A stretch of DNA of 64,000 nucleotides, from assembly GCF_006345805.1 (NCBI RefSeq), contig NC_043000.1, forward strand, positions 162,874,001 through 162,938,000. The letters run 5' to 3'. A program made the translations under genes and the position numbers. Positions within the stretch are counted from its first letter, which is position 1. The number at the start of each line of letters is the position of its first letter. The notes beneath the pieces are model-generated. The model did no database searches, was not told where the DNA came from, and saw only the letters and a program-made list of their open reading frames with translations. The DNA comes from Octopus sinensis (Eukaryota). Positions 11,972 through 24,149 of the stretch are shown piece by piece.

Positions 11972-12104
11972 TTGAGACATGGTGGAACACAATATTCTAT
12001 TTAACAACAAATGTAAACACACGCGTGCGCGCATTTGGTGCAACAATAACTCTGTGGTTGAAACTTTTGCTTCCCAACCACATGGTTACAGGTTCAGTCC
12101 CTCT
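11325..12104. repeat. ~137-bp direct duplication (11325-11461 and 11968-12104)
   Basis: acttttgagacatggtggaacacaatattc...ggttcagtccctct occurs twice, nearly identical. Confidence 0.9.
11773..11850. repeat. 78-bp spacerless palindrome with one mismatch
   Basis: atattgttatatttcagaatggtcatattgccagtttag|ctaaactggcaatatgaccattccgaaatataacaatat. Confidence 0.95.
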
Positions 12105-12110
12105 TAAGAC

Positions 12111-12257
12111 TCATGCGCTAAAGACTTAAACCCCAAATTCTATATATTCCCCTTCTACCAATGTAAAGACGGCATCACCACACAGGAGAGAATTAACAAG
12201 GAGAATCTCTTTATTGAAAAATTCCAAACACAACTTAACATACAAACTCCTCGTTGA
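12111..12257 (+). pseudogene. Penelope-like GIY-YIG endonuclease C-terminal fragment
   Basis: Translates SCAKDLNPKFYIFPFYQCKDGITTQERINKENLFIEKFQTQLNIQTPR*, matching the R..KE..FI.KF...LN terminal motif. Confidence 0.6.
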
Positions 12258-13023
12258 TCAAACTTCCCTTTTCTACCTCATTCTTCATGGATAGACTCAC
12301 ACAAATATATAAGGATACCATAGATTCATCACTTCAAGCAAAAACTTATACTCTTTAAATATCATTTTTACTATCTGAAATGCAATTGTCTATGCAAATT
12401 TATATAATTAGAAAATAATATAAATAAAGTGTTAAAATCTGAAAGTTAAATTAACAAACAATTATATAAAAAAGATAATGCAAATGAAGCTAAAATGACA
12501 ATTTTATAATTTGGGGTTTATCAGCAGCTTTTATTTAAGAACTCAAAAGAGTTGTCTCCCCTTATTCACAACACAGGAACTGAAGAACCACAATTACTAC
12601 TACTTCCTGTTTTGCCAACATCCTAAATTAAACCAAACAACACATGGCCTTAATCCCATTGGATCCTAATACCTCAAGGTAATTTTTTCATGAATAATCA
12701 TTAAACTCAAGATAGACAACGAACTCACAATGTATCGGAGTACTTATTTTTTAATTTTTATACATATTTACTACTATTATTCTTTTGCAAAAAACAATGC
12801 AACTTTTTTTCCCCTTTCTCATTTTTAAAAAAACCTTTTCACCTAACTATTCTTGATAAGTCAGACTATGACGAAAACCGGTTTGAATAAATATATATTT
12901 CTATATTTTTTCATTTTCTCAATTCATTAGAATTTTCTTTCAATCGAGCATTCTGCATTTATACAATTTTTCATTGCTTATCATTTCTCCACGTGCGGTC
13001 AACACAACCTCACCATTTATTGA

Positions 13024-13062
<39 letters not shown>

Positions 13063-13101
13063 GTGCATACATACAAACATATGCATACATACAAACATAT
13101 A

Positions 13102-13976
13102 TGTAGGTACGTACATATATGTTTGTATGTATGCATATATTTTATTTATTACACTATTGTACGACTGAGCGCCTTCGCGTCGATTCGATTCGATTCGTTT
13201 GGTTTCGTTTAGTTTCTTCTTCTTCTCTAAGCTGGTTTTTATATATAATTATGACGCGAAACCCTATAACTCCTTCTTCTCTCTTTCTTTCACCCTCTTT
13301 TGCTTCCTTCCTCTCTATCTCTTTCTCTCTCTCACTCCTCCTCATCTCTCTCACAGCCGGGTCTACGAACTTCCCTTCGCCGGCGGCCTTGTTCAAGTAA
13401 ACATGTTTCTTCCTGCGCTCGTGAAAAAATTTTTTTTTCCTCGTCTAGGCTTATAGGCCCTCTTTATTTGTTTTCCTGTCCTGTTTCTATTCCTTCTTGT
13501 ACTGTATTTTTTGTAATTGTATTTTATTTTGTATTTGTTTTTAATTGTATTGTTTTTACGTCCTGTTTTTGTCACATTTTTTTTCCTTGTTTTTACCCCT
13601 CTGCAAAGGAATTTTATTTAATTCTTTCGCAGGAAGGACTAGTTCGACGAGACGTGTTCTGTCCTCACCTTCGAAACACGCTGGAGTTGAACTAGGGACA
13701 GCTGTACTCTGTTCTTTCGTTGTTAAAAAATGGTCCGTTCCATGCTATTTTTACGTTTTCGTTTCTCGTTGAGTGCTACGTCTATTTGTGGTATCCTGTG
13801 CACACGTATATATATTTATATATGCATGTATATATACATGTAGATGTAGGTACGTACATATATGTTTGTATGTATGCATATATTTTATTTATTACACTAT
13901 TGTATGACTGAGCGCCTTCGAGTCGATTCGATTCGTTTGGCTTTGTTTCGTTTCTTCTTCTTCTCTAAGCTGGTTT
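13102..13976. repeat. ~135-bp direct repeats (13102-13240 and 13845-13976) around a ~600-bp non-repetitive core
   Basis: tgtaggtacgtacatatatgtttg...gactgagcgccttcg...cttctctaagctggttt occurs twice. Confidence 0.85.
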
Positions 13977-14014
13977 ATATATATATATATATATATATAT
14001 CTACGCATACATAC

Positions 14015-14060
<46 letters not shown>

Positions 14061-14084
14061 TATATATGCATGTGGTTTTCAATC

Positions 14085-14280
14085 TGTGTTTGTTCCCCAC
14101 CACGCTTGACAAAAAGTGGTGGTGTGTTTAAATACCCGTGACTTAGCAGCTCAGCGAAAGAGACCGATAGAATAAGTACCTGGTTTTAGATAATGTGTTG
14201 GAGTCGATTCATTCGACTATAAATTCTTCCAGATGGTGCTCCAGCATGGTCGCATTCTAATAACTGAAACAAGTAAATGA
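14085..14280 (+). mobile_element. Degenerate SINE family A 3' module
   Basis: gagaccgatagaataagtacc...gtgctccagcatggtcgca...ctgaaacaagtaa. Confidence 0.65.
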
Positions 14281-14310
14281 TGCAAGGTATATGAGTATTT
14301 ATATATATAT

Positions 14311-15269
14311 ACTAGCACTATGACCCGTCGTTGCCGGGTCATAGTGCTAGTGCATGTTTATATGTGTATATATATGTGTACATATTACATGTACTTCTAA
14401 TTATATACATCTACACATAAAATACAAAATACAAAGTTATATCTTGATATCGCTAGTGATAACAATACTCAAAATATATAACAGACTGGAATTGTTATCC
14501 CGTCTCTTGTAATTTCGATCAATTGTATCCTTTCCTCCCTCTTGATAGAAGCATGCCTACCTCAACTTCTGGGGGGGGGGCCTTTTAGTTTTTTTCCGGG
14601 GCGTCCTACGTCCCAGATATAAAGGTAAAAGTAAAATATTTCCCCTTTGCAAGTTCGAGTCGAGTACTCCCTTGCACGTTCCGTTGACTCGAACCTTGCT
14701 TCTATTGTGGCGAATTTACCGCCTCTGATTAGATACCTTTCATAGTCGCACCAAGACACTTTTTGAAGGTGCTTTCCTCCATCTGTTCAAATCTTCTTTT
14801 TTCTCTACATTGTATACTTTATAGACAATAGTCTTTTCTTTAATTAATTTTTTTATTATCCATCTGGACTATTCCATTTCTGCACGCTAATTTTTAATTT
14901 ATTCCCATTCATGTGAAACCACGATTATATTATACTTTAGCTTGATTTTAATTACTACTTACTACATATAATTCAATTGTTATTATTATTTTTATTGTTA
15001 AAGTGAAAGTATCTGACATAAAATAGAGAAACGTTTTTGTTTCACTTTTAACACGTAATACTGAAATAGTGGAGAAGATATGATATTGCTATGGGCTCGC
15101 TCTAGGCAAGAAGTTGAACATTTTTTGCCCATGAAACTACATGGACCCTAAGTAAGGCATGTGTAAAATTTGAATGAAATTGGTTGTGTAGTTCTCAAGT
15201 TTTAGGGAAACACACAGACAGTCAGACAGACAGACACACATTCTCAGTTTTATATATATATATAAAGAT
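14311..15269 (+). mobile_element. Non-autonomous Helitron-like element (Lep1/HINE-type architecture)
   Basis: 5' ACTAG followed by a subterminal hairpin (gacccg-tcgttgc-cgggtc). 3' end aaaatttgaatgaaattgg...(acag)n...ttttatatata...agat. Same architecture as 23759-24149. Confidence 0.6.
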
Positions 15270-15360
15270 ACATGTGCGTGCGTGTGTGTGTATATGTATC
15301 TATATATATATACATATATATATATATATGTGTGTGTGTGTGAGTGTGTGTGTGAGTGGA

Positions 15361-15654
15361 GGCGCAATGGCCCAGTGGTTAGGGCAGCGGACTCGCAGTC
15401 GTAGGATCGCGGTTTCGATTTCCAGACCGGGCGTTGTGTGTGTTTATTGAGCGAAAACACCTTAAAGCTCCACGAGGCTCCGGCAGGGGGTGGTGATCCC
15501 TGCTGTACTCTTTCACCACTCTTTCTCTCACTCTTTCTTCTATTGGCCTGCTCGCTTAGCCAGCGGGGTAAGGCTAAAACAATGCGAAGTGCATTGTGAC
15601 CAGCGATGTGTAGCAACATCTGATAGCCCTGGCGGTCATGGTGATCACGGTGAT
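15361..15654 (+). mobile_element. SINE family B (tRNA-derived), full copy
   Basis: A box tggcccagtgg and B box ggtttcgatt. Head shared with 47992 and 51370; tail shared with 10988-11072. Confidence 0.8.
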
Positions 15655-15713
<59 letters not shown>

Positions 15714-15814
15714 CAAAATGATCACTTCCCACCGCCTCTCCAGATATATATATATATATATATATAATATATATATATATACCGAACGAGAGAAAACGAG
15801 AGAAAGGGAGTGTG

Positions 15815-15866
<52 letters not shown>

Positions 15867-17159
15867 AAGATGTGTGGATGTAATTAAGTATACATGTAAT
15901 TATGTATCTACGTATATATGCAATCAACGAACCGGAACAATAAAGTTAGTAATTATTCATCATTCGCTCTATTGAAATACTAGTTCCATAAAATTGCATT
16001 AATCTGTTTCTAGGATTTCATTCAGCGGTCGTGAATTTTATAACTCGCATTTTTGTATGGAGTTTTGCGTGAATATCAAATAGATATTGCAAACGAGAGA
16101 TGTTAACATCTCACTTACCAAATTGGTTTTACATTAATAAAAAAATGAAGACTTTGAAAATTACATTAGTTAACAACATTTACGCATATTTATGCCAATA
16201 AATTTCAGACTTATGTTCATATTATAGTAAGTGATATAGAATTTAAAGTTTTAAGTAATAATATAATTTTTTTATTAATTTAATGCAAATGCATTTTTAT
16301 ATTAAATCTGGCTAATCCCGATTGGGCTAATGTGTTCGCCGGCGGCAGTAAAATCTAAAGAGATTCTAAATATATATTCTGTACCTAAAAATTGATATAA
16401 CGGGAAGATATGTTGTTTAGTTTATATACAATCAAAGATAAAGAAATAGATAGAATGTGAAAGCTGAAATTAATTTGCTTCTGAAATTAAAAAGGAAAAG
16501 ATATTATGTAGCAAAACGCTATGTCTTGAAGAAAAGCTTTGAGTAAACAGGTATGTCAGCTTCAAAAGTCTTGTGTTCATGAAGTGGAGGCACATTCACA
16601 AAGGCACACATTGACATATATATATAGGGTGGTGGGGCGAGCTTGTGTGTGTATACATGCTTGTATTTATGTGAAGAATGGAGTATCCAACGTTTCGAAC
16701 AATGTTCTTCAAGGAAAAGTTAACAGAAGGTAAATAAAATATCCTCTACATATTTGAATACAGGAGCAACCGATGGGGAGCCAGAGAACGTGAGCTTCAT
16801 ACGTAGAAAGGAAGTAGCAGGAGTGAGAGAGAGAGATAGAGAGAGAGTGAGAAAGAGAGAGAGGAAGCAGGTGAGAGTGTGGAAGAATGAAAGAAACGAT
16901 AGGCGTGTGGGAGAAGAAAAAGTGTTTACTTTAAACTTGCCAATACCATGGTGCCGAGTTCGAATACCAAGCGTTGCCCCCGTTTCCTTGAGTTTACAGA
17001 ACCGGTGTGGAGATGCTTCACACTGATAAGTGGATACTGGAATGGTCCATTGCGTTCGAGTGGGTGGTGATAGTGGGTGGTCTGGCATGTGTAGTAATAG
17101 GATTCGAATGTGCTCCTGAAAACAATAGCAAGATAATGATTGTATCCAGCCATATCCAT

Positions 17160-18020
17160 TTATTTTCTCGATATTTTCGTCACAATCAGCAATCTCCACT
17201 CGTCCACCTCCGTCTATTACAAGCTTACTAACTCCCAGTCCTACCTGCACTACTCTTTCTCTCACCTTAAACATTAAATTTGTTGTACCATTCTCTGAAT
17301 TCATTCGGCTTCGCTTCTTCTACAGCTTTGATTTAAATTTCGATCTAATGCGAGAGCATGTGACATTACATCTTAAAACGAGGATACATTTGAACAGTTT
17401 AGGGCCTTGTACTGTATTGGAGCCAGGCTAGCGACCCCTCACCGCTCTCCTACACTCCTGTTTACGCATATTTCCAAACCAAATTCCACTCTCTCCCTCT
17501 CTCTCTCTCTCTCTCCCTCTCTCTCTCTCTCCCTCTCTCTTCCTCTGTCTCTCTTCCTCTCTCTCCCTCTTTCACTCTCTCTCTCTCCTACATGCAAGCA
17601 CACACACATACACACAATTGCCAGTCCTTCCTTATCTCATCTTCACTTTCTGAACTTACAACCGCTTTGATCTTTCTAGCACCACAATTCCTCGTCTTCA
17701 AAAAAGACAGTTGTCATGGCAATCTCCTACTAGTAACTCCATAACATCAAGTCACACACAACCGGCACCTTATGTGAGCTCGCCGACGGTGCAACACCCC
17801 CTGCTACATTCAAAACCATCACCAGGACTTAGTCACAATATTACATTACCAAAACGTCTTCCAACCTCTTACACTGAATCATCTACAAGTTTAGCGACGC
17901 ATTATATATTGGGGAAAAGGCCATCGCCTTGCCGATCGTTTTCGGGATCACACCCACGGCATACTACTGCGGATGCCGGGCCAACTTATCACTACCCTCT
18001 TCAATATAACAGGTTATTCC
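17160..18020 (+). pseudogene. Penelope-like element remnant: RT C-terminus and GIY-YIG endonuclease
   Basis: FLDIFVTISNLHSSTSVYYKLTNSQSYLHYSFSH and VPFSEFIRLR match the RT motifs FLD, T.VY.KPT, YLH and IP.SQF.RLR. RRCNTPCYI and ALYIGEK/GHRLADRFRDH match the GIY-YIG region. Frameshifted. Confidence 0.65.
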
Positions 18021-18079
18021 TTTAACCATTTATAATTATAACCCTATTATATGTTATGTTAGTTAACAGGGATGTTCTC

Positions 18080-18300
18080 TTCGGGTTTGGCGACAAATTT
18101 CTCCAAATCTCAGACATCTTCCAACGGGTATCTTGCAGAATACATGATTGCACTTTTCTGCAGATCGGCAATGCGTGTCTCAATCCCAGAACCTTTCAGT
18201 CTCTTTGGTAATAGCTTGAGTGTTGTGTCAAAAGAACTGGTGTTAACTTTGTCTTCTACAATTTCTTCATCTCACCGTAGATCCTGATGTTTCTCAATTT
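18080..18300 (-). pseudogene. Degraded Dong/R4-type LINE 3' end
   Basis: Minus-strand LPKRLKGSGIETRIADLQKSAIMYSAR resembles the LQK..L.G.ARILR terminus. Confidence 0.4.
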
Positions 18301-18639
18301 TCTCAATTTGGTATCCACTCTATTAGATATGATTTTCCTAAGTCTGTGATAACTCATACACTGCTTTTGTTATTTTTTATCCTTTACAATTATATTTGCC
18401 TCTTTACTTCAATAGAATGGTCAGTCTTTTAGTAAAAATCCCGTAAAACTCTAATTAATTTTCAATATTACAGCACCAATCTTATGTTTATAGTAATTTT
18501 ATAACTTTTTGAGTCAACATACTCGGATAGCAATCCAATGCACGCTTTTATCGACACAGTCAAGCTTGCACTTTTATGCTAGCCCACTGCATTCACTTAA
18601 TGGATGGGTTATACTTTCGTTTCCATTTCCACAGATTCT

Positions 18640-18640
<1 letters not shown>

Positions 18641-18680
<40 letters not shown>

Positions 18681-21600
18681 GTTATTATTATTAGAGACGT
18701 CGCACAGTATAAAATATCTTGAGGTTGTTGATTGAAGATGTTGTGTCTACCGGGAATTTCTACTGTCTATCAAGTCACAACAAAACCTCAGACAGACAGG
18801 ACTTTACACAATATGCGTGCAGTTCCAAACAGTGCCGACTTTTGCAATACATCTAGATTGTAAGGTATCTCTAAGGTTTTCAGATGTCTTTTCAGATTGG
18901 GTGGTATTGAATCCAATGCTCTGATGAGAATAGGGATAACCTTTATGTTTGACTCTCGTAACTTCCACACCTTAGGGATCTCAATTATCAGGTTTCCATA
19001 TTTATCAACTTTTTCTCTTTCGTTCATGATGATATGTCGATCTCCTAGCACTGTTACGTCGATTATTAGGCACTCTTGTTTGTACCTCCTAAAAGTTACT
19101 ATACTCGGCGTTCGGTGCTCTAACACTTTGTCTGTCTAGAAATCAAAGTCCCTGAGAATTTTTGCCTTCCATTTTTCGTCCATTGCCATTTCCGACACTC
19201 GCAACTTCATATTCATACTTACGGCATAGTACCCAGTGGAGGTTATGGGCTACTTTGTAGTGTTACGCTTTTACTCTTTCTGCGCAAGACTTTCACGAGC
19301 ACTAACAATGTGAGTCACACTTTCGACCCTCTTCCCACAAATTCTGCAGATGTCCGATGCACCTGTGTGGTATATATTCTTTTTTACTGAGTTGTTATTC
19401 AATGCCTGATCCTGAGCCGCGATGATTAGGCTTTCAGCATTCTTTTCTAGGTCAACCTTCGGTTAATATAGGGCGTTACGATTATCATAAAATCAACAAA
19501 AAAATGTGTGTAATAGGTGTAAAACAACTTCCTATGAACGAATATGAAAAAAAAAATTCGCGCACGCGAAAGGGGGGTGGGGGAGAGGCCTCGGAAAATT
19601 CACATCGGGAAGTTCCGAAAGCGTCTGAGGAGCTGACCCGGGCACCAAAACAAATAAAAATTGTGGTAATATGTGTAAAACAACTTGCTCTAAACGAATA
19701 TGACAAAAAAAATGCGCTCTCGCGAAAGAGAGGGTGGGGGAGAGGCCTCGGAAAATTTATATCGGGAATTTCCGAAAGCGTCTGAACCGGGCACAAAAAC
19801 AAAAACAAAACAGCGTAATAGGTGTAAAACAACTTGCTCTAAACGACTATCATGAAAAAATGCGCGCTCGCGAAAGGGGGGTGGGGGAGAGGCTTCGGAA
19901 ATTTCACATCTTCAGTCCACGGCCTTTAACTAAGAAAAAATAGTGTAATTGGTGTAAAACTACTTGTTCTAAACGAGTATCAAGAACACACACTCACACA
20001 TGAATCATAAAATCATATTTCGCAAAAAAAAATATAAAGAGAAGAAATTCTGGAAAAAGTGAAGAAATGTTGGATCTCCGCCATGTGAATCAAAATACGT
20101 GTCAGAAACATCTTGAAATACTACAGAAATTATGTTACGAAAATGATAATGTATACATACCTCTTTGAGTGGTCCATCGATAATGATAATAAAGAAATGA
20201 GTTGGATTTGAACTCAGAATATTGACTAACACAACTACATACTACAAGACTCAAAATATTCAGCCAAGTCACCACCCTATAACTAGCAATAATAATAACA
20301 TCAATAACATAACAGCCAAAAGATTTATTTGTTCTGAAAATAACAATCATAGTAAATAAATATGTTCTTTAATATTCACATTCATGTGCACAGTTAAACA
20401 CACTTACATGCAAACAGTCACGCATGCATAATACAGAACGGAACACATAAATGAAGGATGCATTACTTAGTATATATTACATCTAGAGAATTTTGATTAA
20501 TAAGTCAAATATGCAAATTATAAAGATAATTAATTGCTTTACTAAACAGTGTTGTAAAGGTGAAAAAATAAATTTGGGAAAAAAATACACGCCAAAACTA
20601 AATAATAAAGGATAATTAGGGAAGGATTGACACAAAATAATAATTTTTTCTGTCTCTTTTTTTCTGATAAATGCATCTTAATAAGTGAGAAGAATTGCAT
20701 ATATCTGAACTATTTCAAAGAAAAGCATAAATTTAATGTTTAAAATAGCTTTAACCAAGGAATGAGATCCAACATTTCTTCACTTTTTCCAGAATTTCTT
20801 CTCTTTATTTTTTTTTTTTGCGAAATATGATTTTATGATTCATGTGTGAGTGTGTGTTCTTGATACTCGTTTAGAACAAGTAGTTTTACACCAATTACAC
20901 TATTTTTTCTTAGTTTAAAGGCCGTGGACTGAAGATGTGAAATTTCCGAAGCCTCTCCCCCACCCCCCTTTCGCGAGCGCGCATTTTTTTCATGATAGTC
21001 GTTTAGAGCAAGTTGTTTTACACCTATTACGCTGTTTTTGTTTTTGTTTTTGTGCCCGGTTCAGACGCTTTCGGAAATTCCCGATATAAATTTTCCGAGG
21101 CCTCTCCCCCACCCCTCTTTCGCGAGAGCGCATTTTTTTTGTCATATTCGTTTAGAGCAAGTTGTTTTACACATATTACACAATTTTTTATTTGTTTTGG
21201 TGCCCGGGTCAGCTCCTCAGACGCTTTCGGAACTTCCCGATGTGAATTTTCCGAGGCCTCTCCCCCACCCCCCTTTCGCGTGCGCGAATTTTTTTTTCAT
21301 ATTCGTTCATAGGAAGTTGTTTTACACCTATTACACACATTTTTTTGTTGATTTTATGATAATCGTAACGCCCTATATTAACCCAACCTTCTGGAGCCAC
21401 CTCAATGATGCTCCCTGGTCTTTTAATTCGTTGGTTTCACGGTGGAAATGACCATGTAATTCCATGCGGAGTAGGGTTTCTTCTCTCTTGTTGGCTGTTC
21501 ATGACTAGAATTCATGAGTATTCTCAAGTACCTTTTTGTTAACTCCTTCTGCACCAGCAGCATGCTGTAACAGGTTGACTATGGAGTAGATTTCCTATAC

Positions 21601-22050
21601 AGACCAATCAAGTGTCCCAGATGCTGGAATTAGCACTGCTGCCTCAAATGCATTGTGGAACATTATCTTGTTGTAAGTGGGGAGTTCCGACTGCCATATT
21701 TTTTTAAGTCTGATATAATATTCTCGGGTCATTGTATCATTATTCACAGCTCTTTCATCTGATATGTTTACATCAATGCCTGGGTATTTATAGCATTCTT
21801 TGTGTGGAACACTACAGATAGTAAGACCGCTGGTACACATACCTTGGGTATGGGGTATTGATGCCTTTCCTATGTCAGCTGAATATGTTGTCTTTAATTC
21901 CAGCTGCTTTTTTGTTGTTCGCCATACCATTCTTCCCATCGGCCTGTTCATCATTCACTCTGTCGTTGCACTTACAATGTTTCTGGAAGAATTGGTTGGG
22001 GCAGTTTGTACACAGTTTGTACGTAATGGGCTTATAGCTTTCTGCCAAAT
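18641..22050 (-). mobile_element. 5'-truncated Dong/R4-type LINE with (TAA)n tail, split by the foldback insertion (parts 18641-19460 and 21384-22050)
   Basis: CYKYPGI...EYYIRLKKIWQSEL, then WLQK|VDLEKNAESLIIAAQDQAL across the insertion, then CRICGKRVESVTHIVS, RLE-type CLIIDVTV and LQKSALFGTARIL. Confidence 0.8.
19461..21383. mobile_element. Non-autonomous foldback DNA transposon: ~620-bp TIRs containing ~150-bp tandem subrepeats, 8-bp TSD CAACCTTC
   Basis: Arms 19461-20078 and 20764-21383 are near-identical inverted copies starting GGTTAATATAGGGCG. caaccttc occurs at 19453-19460 and 21384-21391. Confidence 0.92.
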
Positions 22051-23155
22051 TGCTGACTTCATTCTTGTATGTATGTATGTATGTATGTATGTATGTATGT
22101 ATGTATGTATGTATGTATGTATGTATTATGTAAGCATGTATATATAACGTTATTATTTCATTTTTTTTTTAATAATTCTAGTACAGTGTAAGAAGTTAAA
22201 AAACAAAGAGGAACCTAGTTCATAGTGTAAAGGTATAAGGGTATACTTACTATAATACTACTTTTCCTGGCAGCACTCGTAGAATTTGATTTCTGAAAAT
22301 GCGTTTCCAACATTACACTGTCTGCATTGATTGCCGATAGAATATTAAATTTGATTAACAGAAAGCACTTACTCTTTGGCTCAATATCTGACAACGCACG
22401 TTGAATGATTCTCTAAGGAGTGCATCTATATTGGTGTAGAGTCTAGACACTTTAAATTTAAATGTATGCTTCAACAAAAGGTCACATATACTTTTATTTT
22501 TTCACTGATGTCTGTCATTGAAATATGATCATGTTGGATGTATTTTCTTTATGTGGATAATCCATAGTGTCGCGTTTAGTACTCAATTATCGACTAAGGA
22601 AGAATAAAATGAAAGCACACTGGTTGGGATTTAAATTGGAATGCAAATCAATGTAAGAAACGATTTTAAGGTATCTATGCCGATTCTGCGAATCACCACT
22701 CTAATGAATGAATATTTTATTGAATTTATATCAATTATTAATGCTAGCATTCATTAATATAACGCTGAAAGAATGAACGATAAAGTTGATCCGCACCGCT
22801 GAAAACCGGGAAGATACGAAACAGTTTAAGTTATTCAATTTAGTCTGATGGTTATATTTCGTTCCGACGGACTGTATCATTAACCTGAGCCGCTAAGCTC
22901 AAATCGCTCTACAGATTTAAATATCTAAAGAAAGCGGCGTCGCTACGTTTACTTATCTTCTATACAGAATATTAAAGGTGAAGTTTCGATTGATGATTCT
23001 ACAATTTGTATGTGTTACCTCATTCATTCTTATATATCAATCTATAGACAGTGAACAAAGCTTCCCCTATTGTGCTCACTTAGCAAGCTTTTTCTGGGAT
23101 AGTGCTGTGAAAATAGGACTGGTATGTTAAGTAAAGTCATTTTAGCCATACTTAA

Positions 23156-23757
23156 TGCAGTTGAGAATTCCTTATCCGAAAGGGATTCGGATTTTTCGGA
23201 TTTGCGTCTGTAAATTGAGACAGGATATAGAATCAAAGTCTAAAGTCGATTTACATTTCATAATATAGCTTATACATAGACCCTGAATGTAATTTTATAC
23301 AAATATCTTAAGGTATCAATTTCCACCTACAATGTTATATTTTTATTTAAAAGGTTACAGTACACGTTGATCATTTGTACTATAATTTTTACAATAACCA
23401 GGTTTTAGGCTCTATGTAAGGTATTGAAAGAAAGCATTGAACATGATTACTGGTAAAATGAAACCTTAAGAAGTCAGCATTTTACTTTTAAGGTAAAGTA
23501 CAATTGTTGATGTTGGTCTCATTCATGGTGATAAAATTGGGATGTTAATGTACAAAAAACCCTAAAAACGTGATCACTTACAAAGTTGAAGATAAATGTA
23601 ACCCAAAATATTAAAACTACGTCAGGTCAAAGAATCGACACAGCACTTTGTAGAATTTTCCATTTGTGACGGGTCACGTCAGCATTAACAAGTCTTTTGG
23701 AGTTTGGATGTTTTCGGATTTTGGAGATTTAGATAAAGGATAATCACTTATATTGTA
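23156..23757. mobile_element. Degenerate Tc1/mariner-pogo-type MITE
   Basis: Ends gcagttgagaattccttatccgaaa and ttcggattttggagatttagataaaggataatcac...tgta resemble TA-CAGGTTGAGTATCCCTTATCCG-type TIRs. Heavily diverged. Confidence 0.4.
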
Positions 23758-23758
23758 T

Positions 23759-24149
23759 ACTAGCAGTATCGCCCGGCGTTGCTCAGGTTTGTAAGGGAAA
23801 TAACTATAAAGCATTTTTAGAGAGTTATAGCCAAAAAATAGCAAAAAAATGGAAAAAAAATGATGGTAAATTTTTTTTTAAGATTTAAAAAAGGTGGAGT
23901 TGCGTCCCCTAGACAGTTTGTGGTTTGTGTTTCTCATTGTCGACCCCATGTCGAATTTATCGATTTTTTTCAGAACTGGGGGAACTTTTTCAAAATTTTC
24001 GCTGCGTTAGTTTTGAATTATGACATTGGGCTATGTGTGTGTCAAGTTTCATCAGAATCGGTTGAAAGCCGTGGTCAGGGTGAGGGTACAAGCAAACAGA
24101 CACACAGAAACACGCACAGACAAACTGCCGTTTATATATAGAGAGAGAT
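23759..24149 (+). mobile_element. Non-autonomous Helitron-like element
   Basis: ACTAGcagtatcgcccggcgttgctcagg at the 5' end; caagtttcatcagaatcgg...acagacacacag...tttatatatagagagagat at the 3' end. Confidence 0.65.

Noticed and set aside
15361-15435. tRNA-like sequences with A and B boxes (also 47992, 50270-50339, 51370)
   Set aside because: SINE heads: no complete cloverleaf, and each continues into a repeat body.
16720-17304. 194-aa minus-strand ORF
   Set aside because: Antisense read-through of a Penelope RT remnant, a decayed SINE and a (GA)n tract.
19500-19990. Regularly spaced repeats suggestive of a CRISPR-like array
   Set aside because: Whole ~150-bp units repeat with no unique spacers, inside the TIRs of a eukaryotic transposon.
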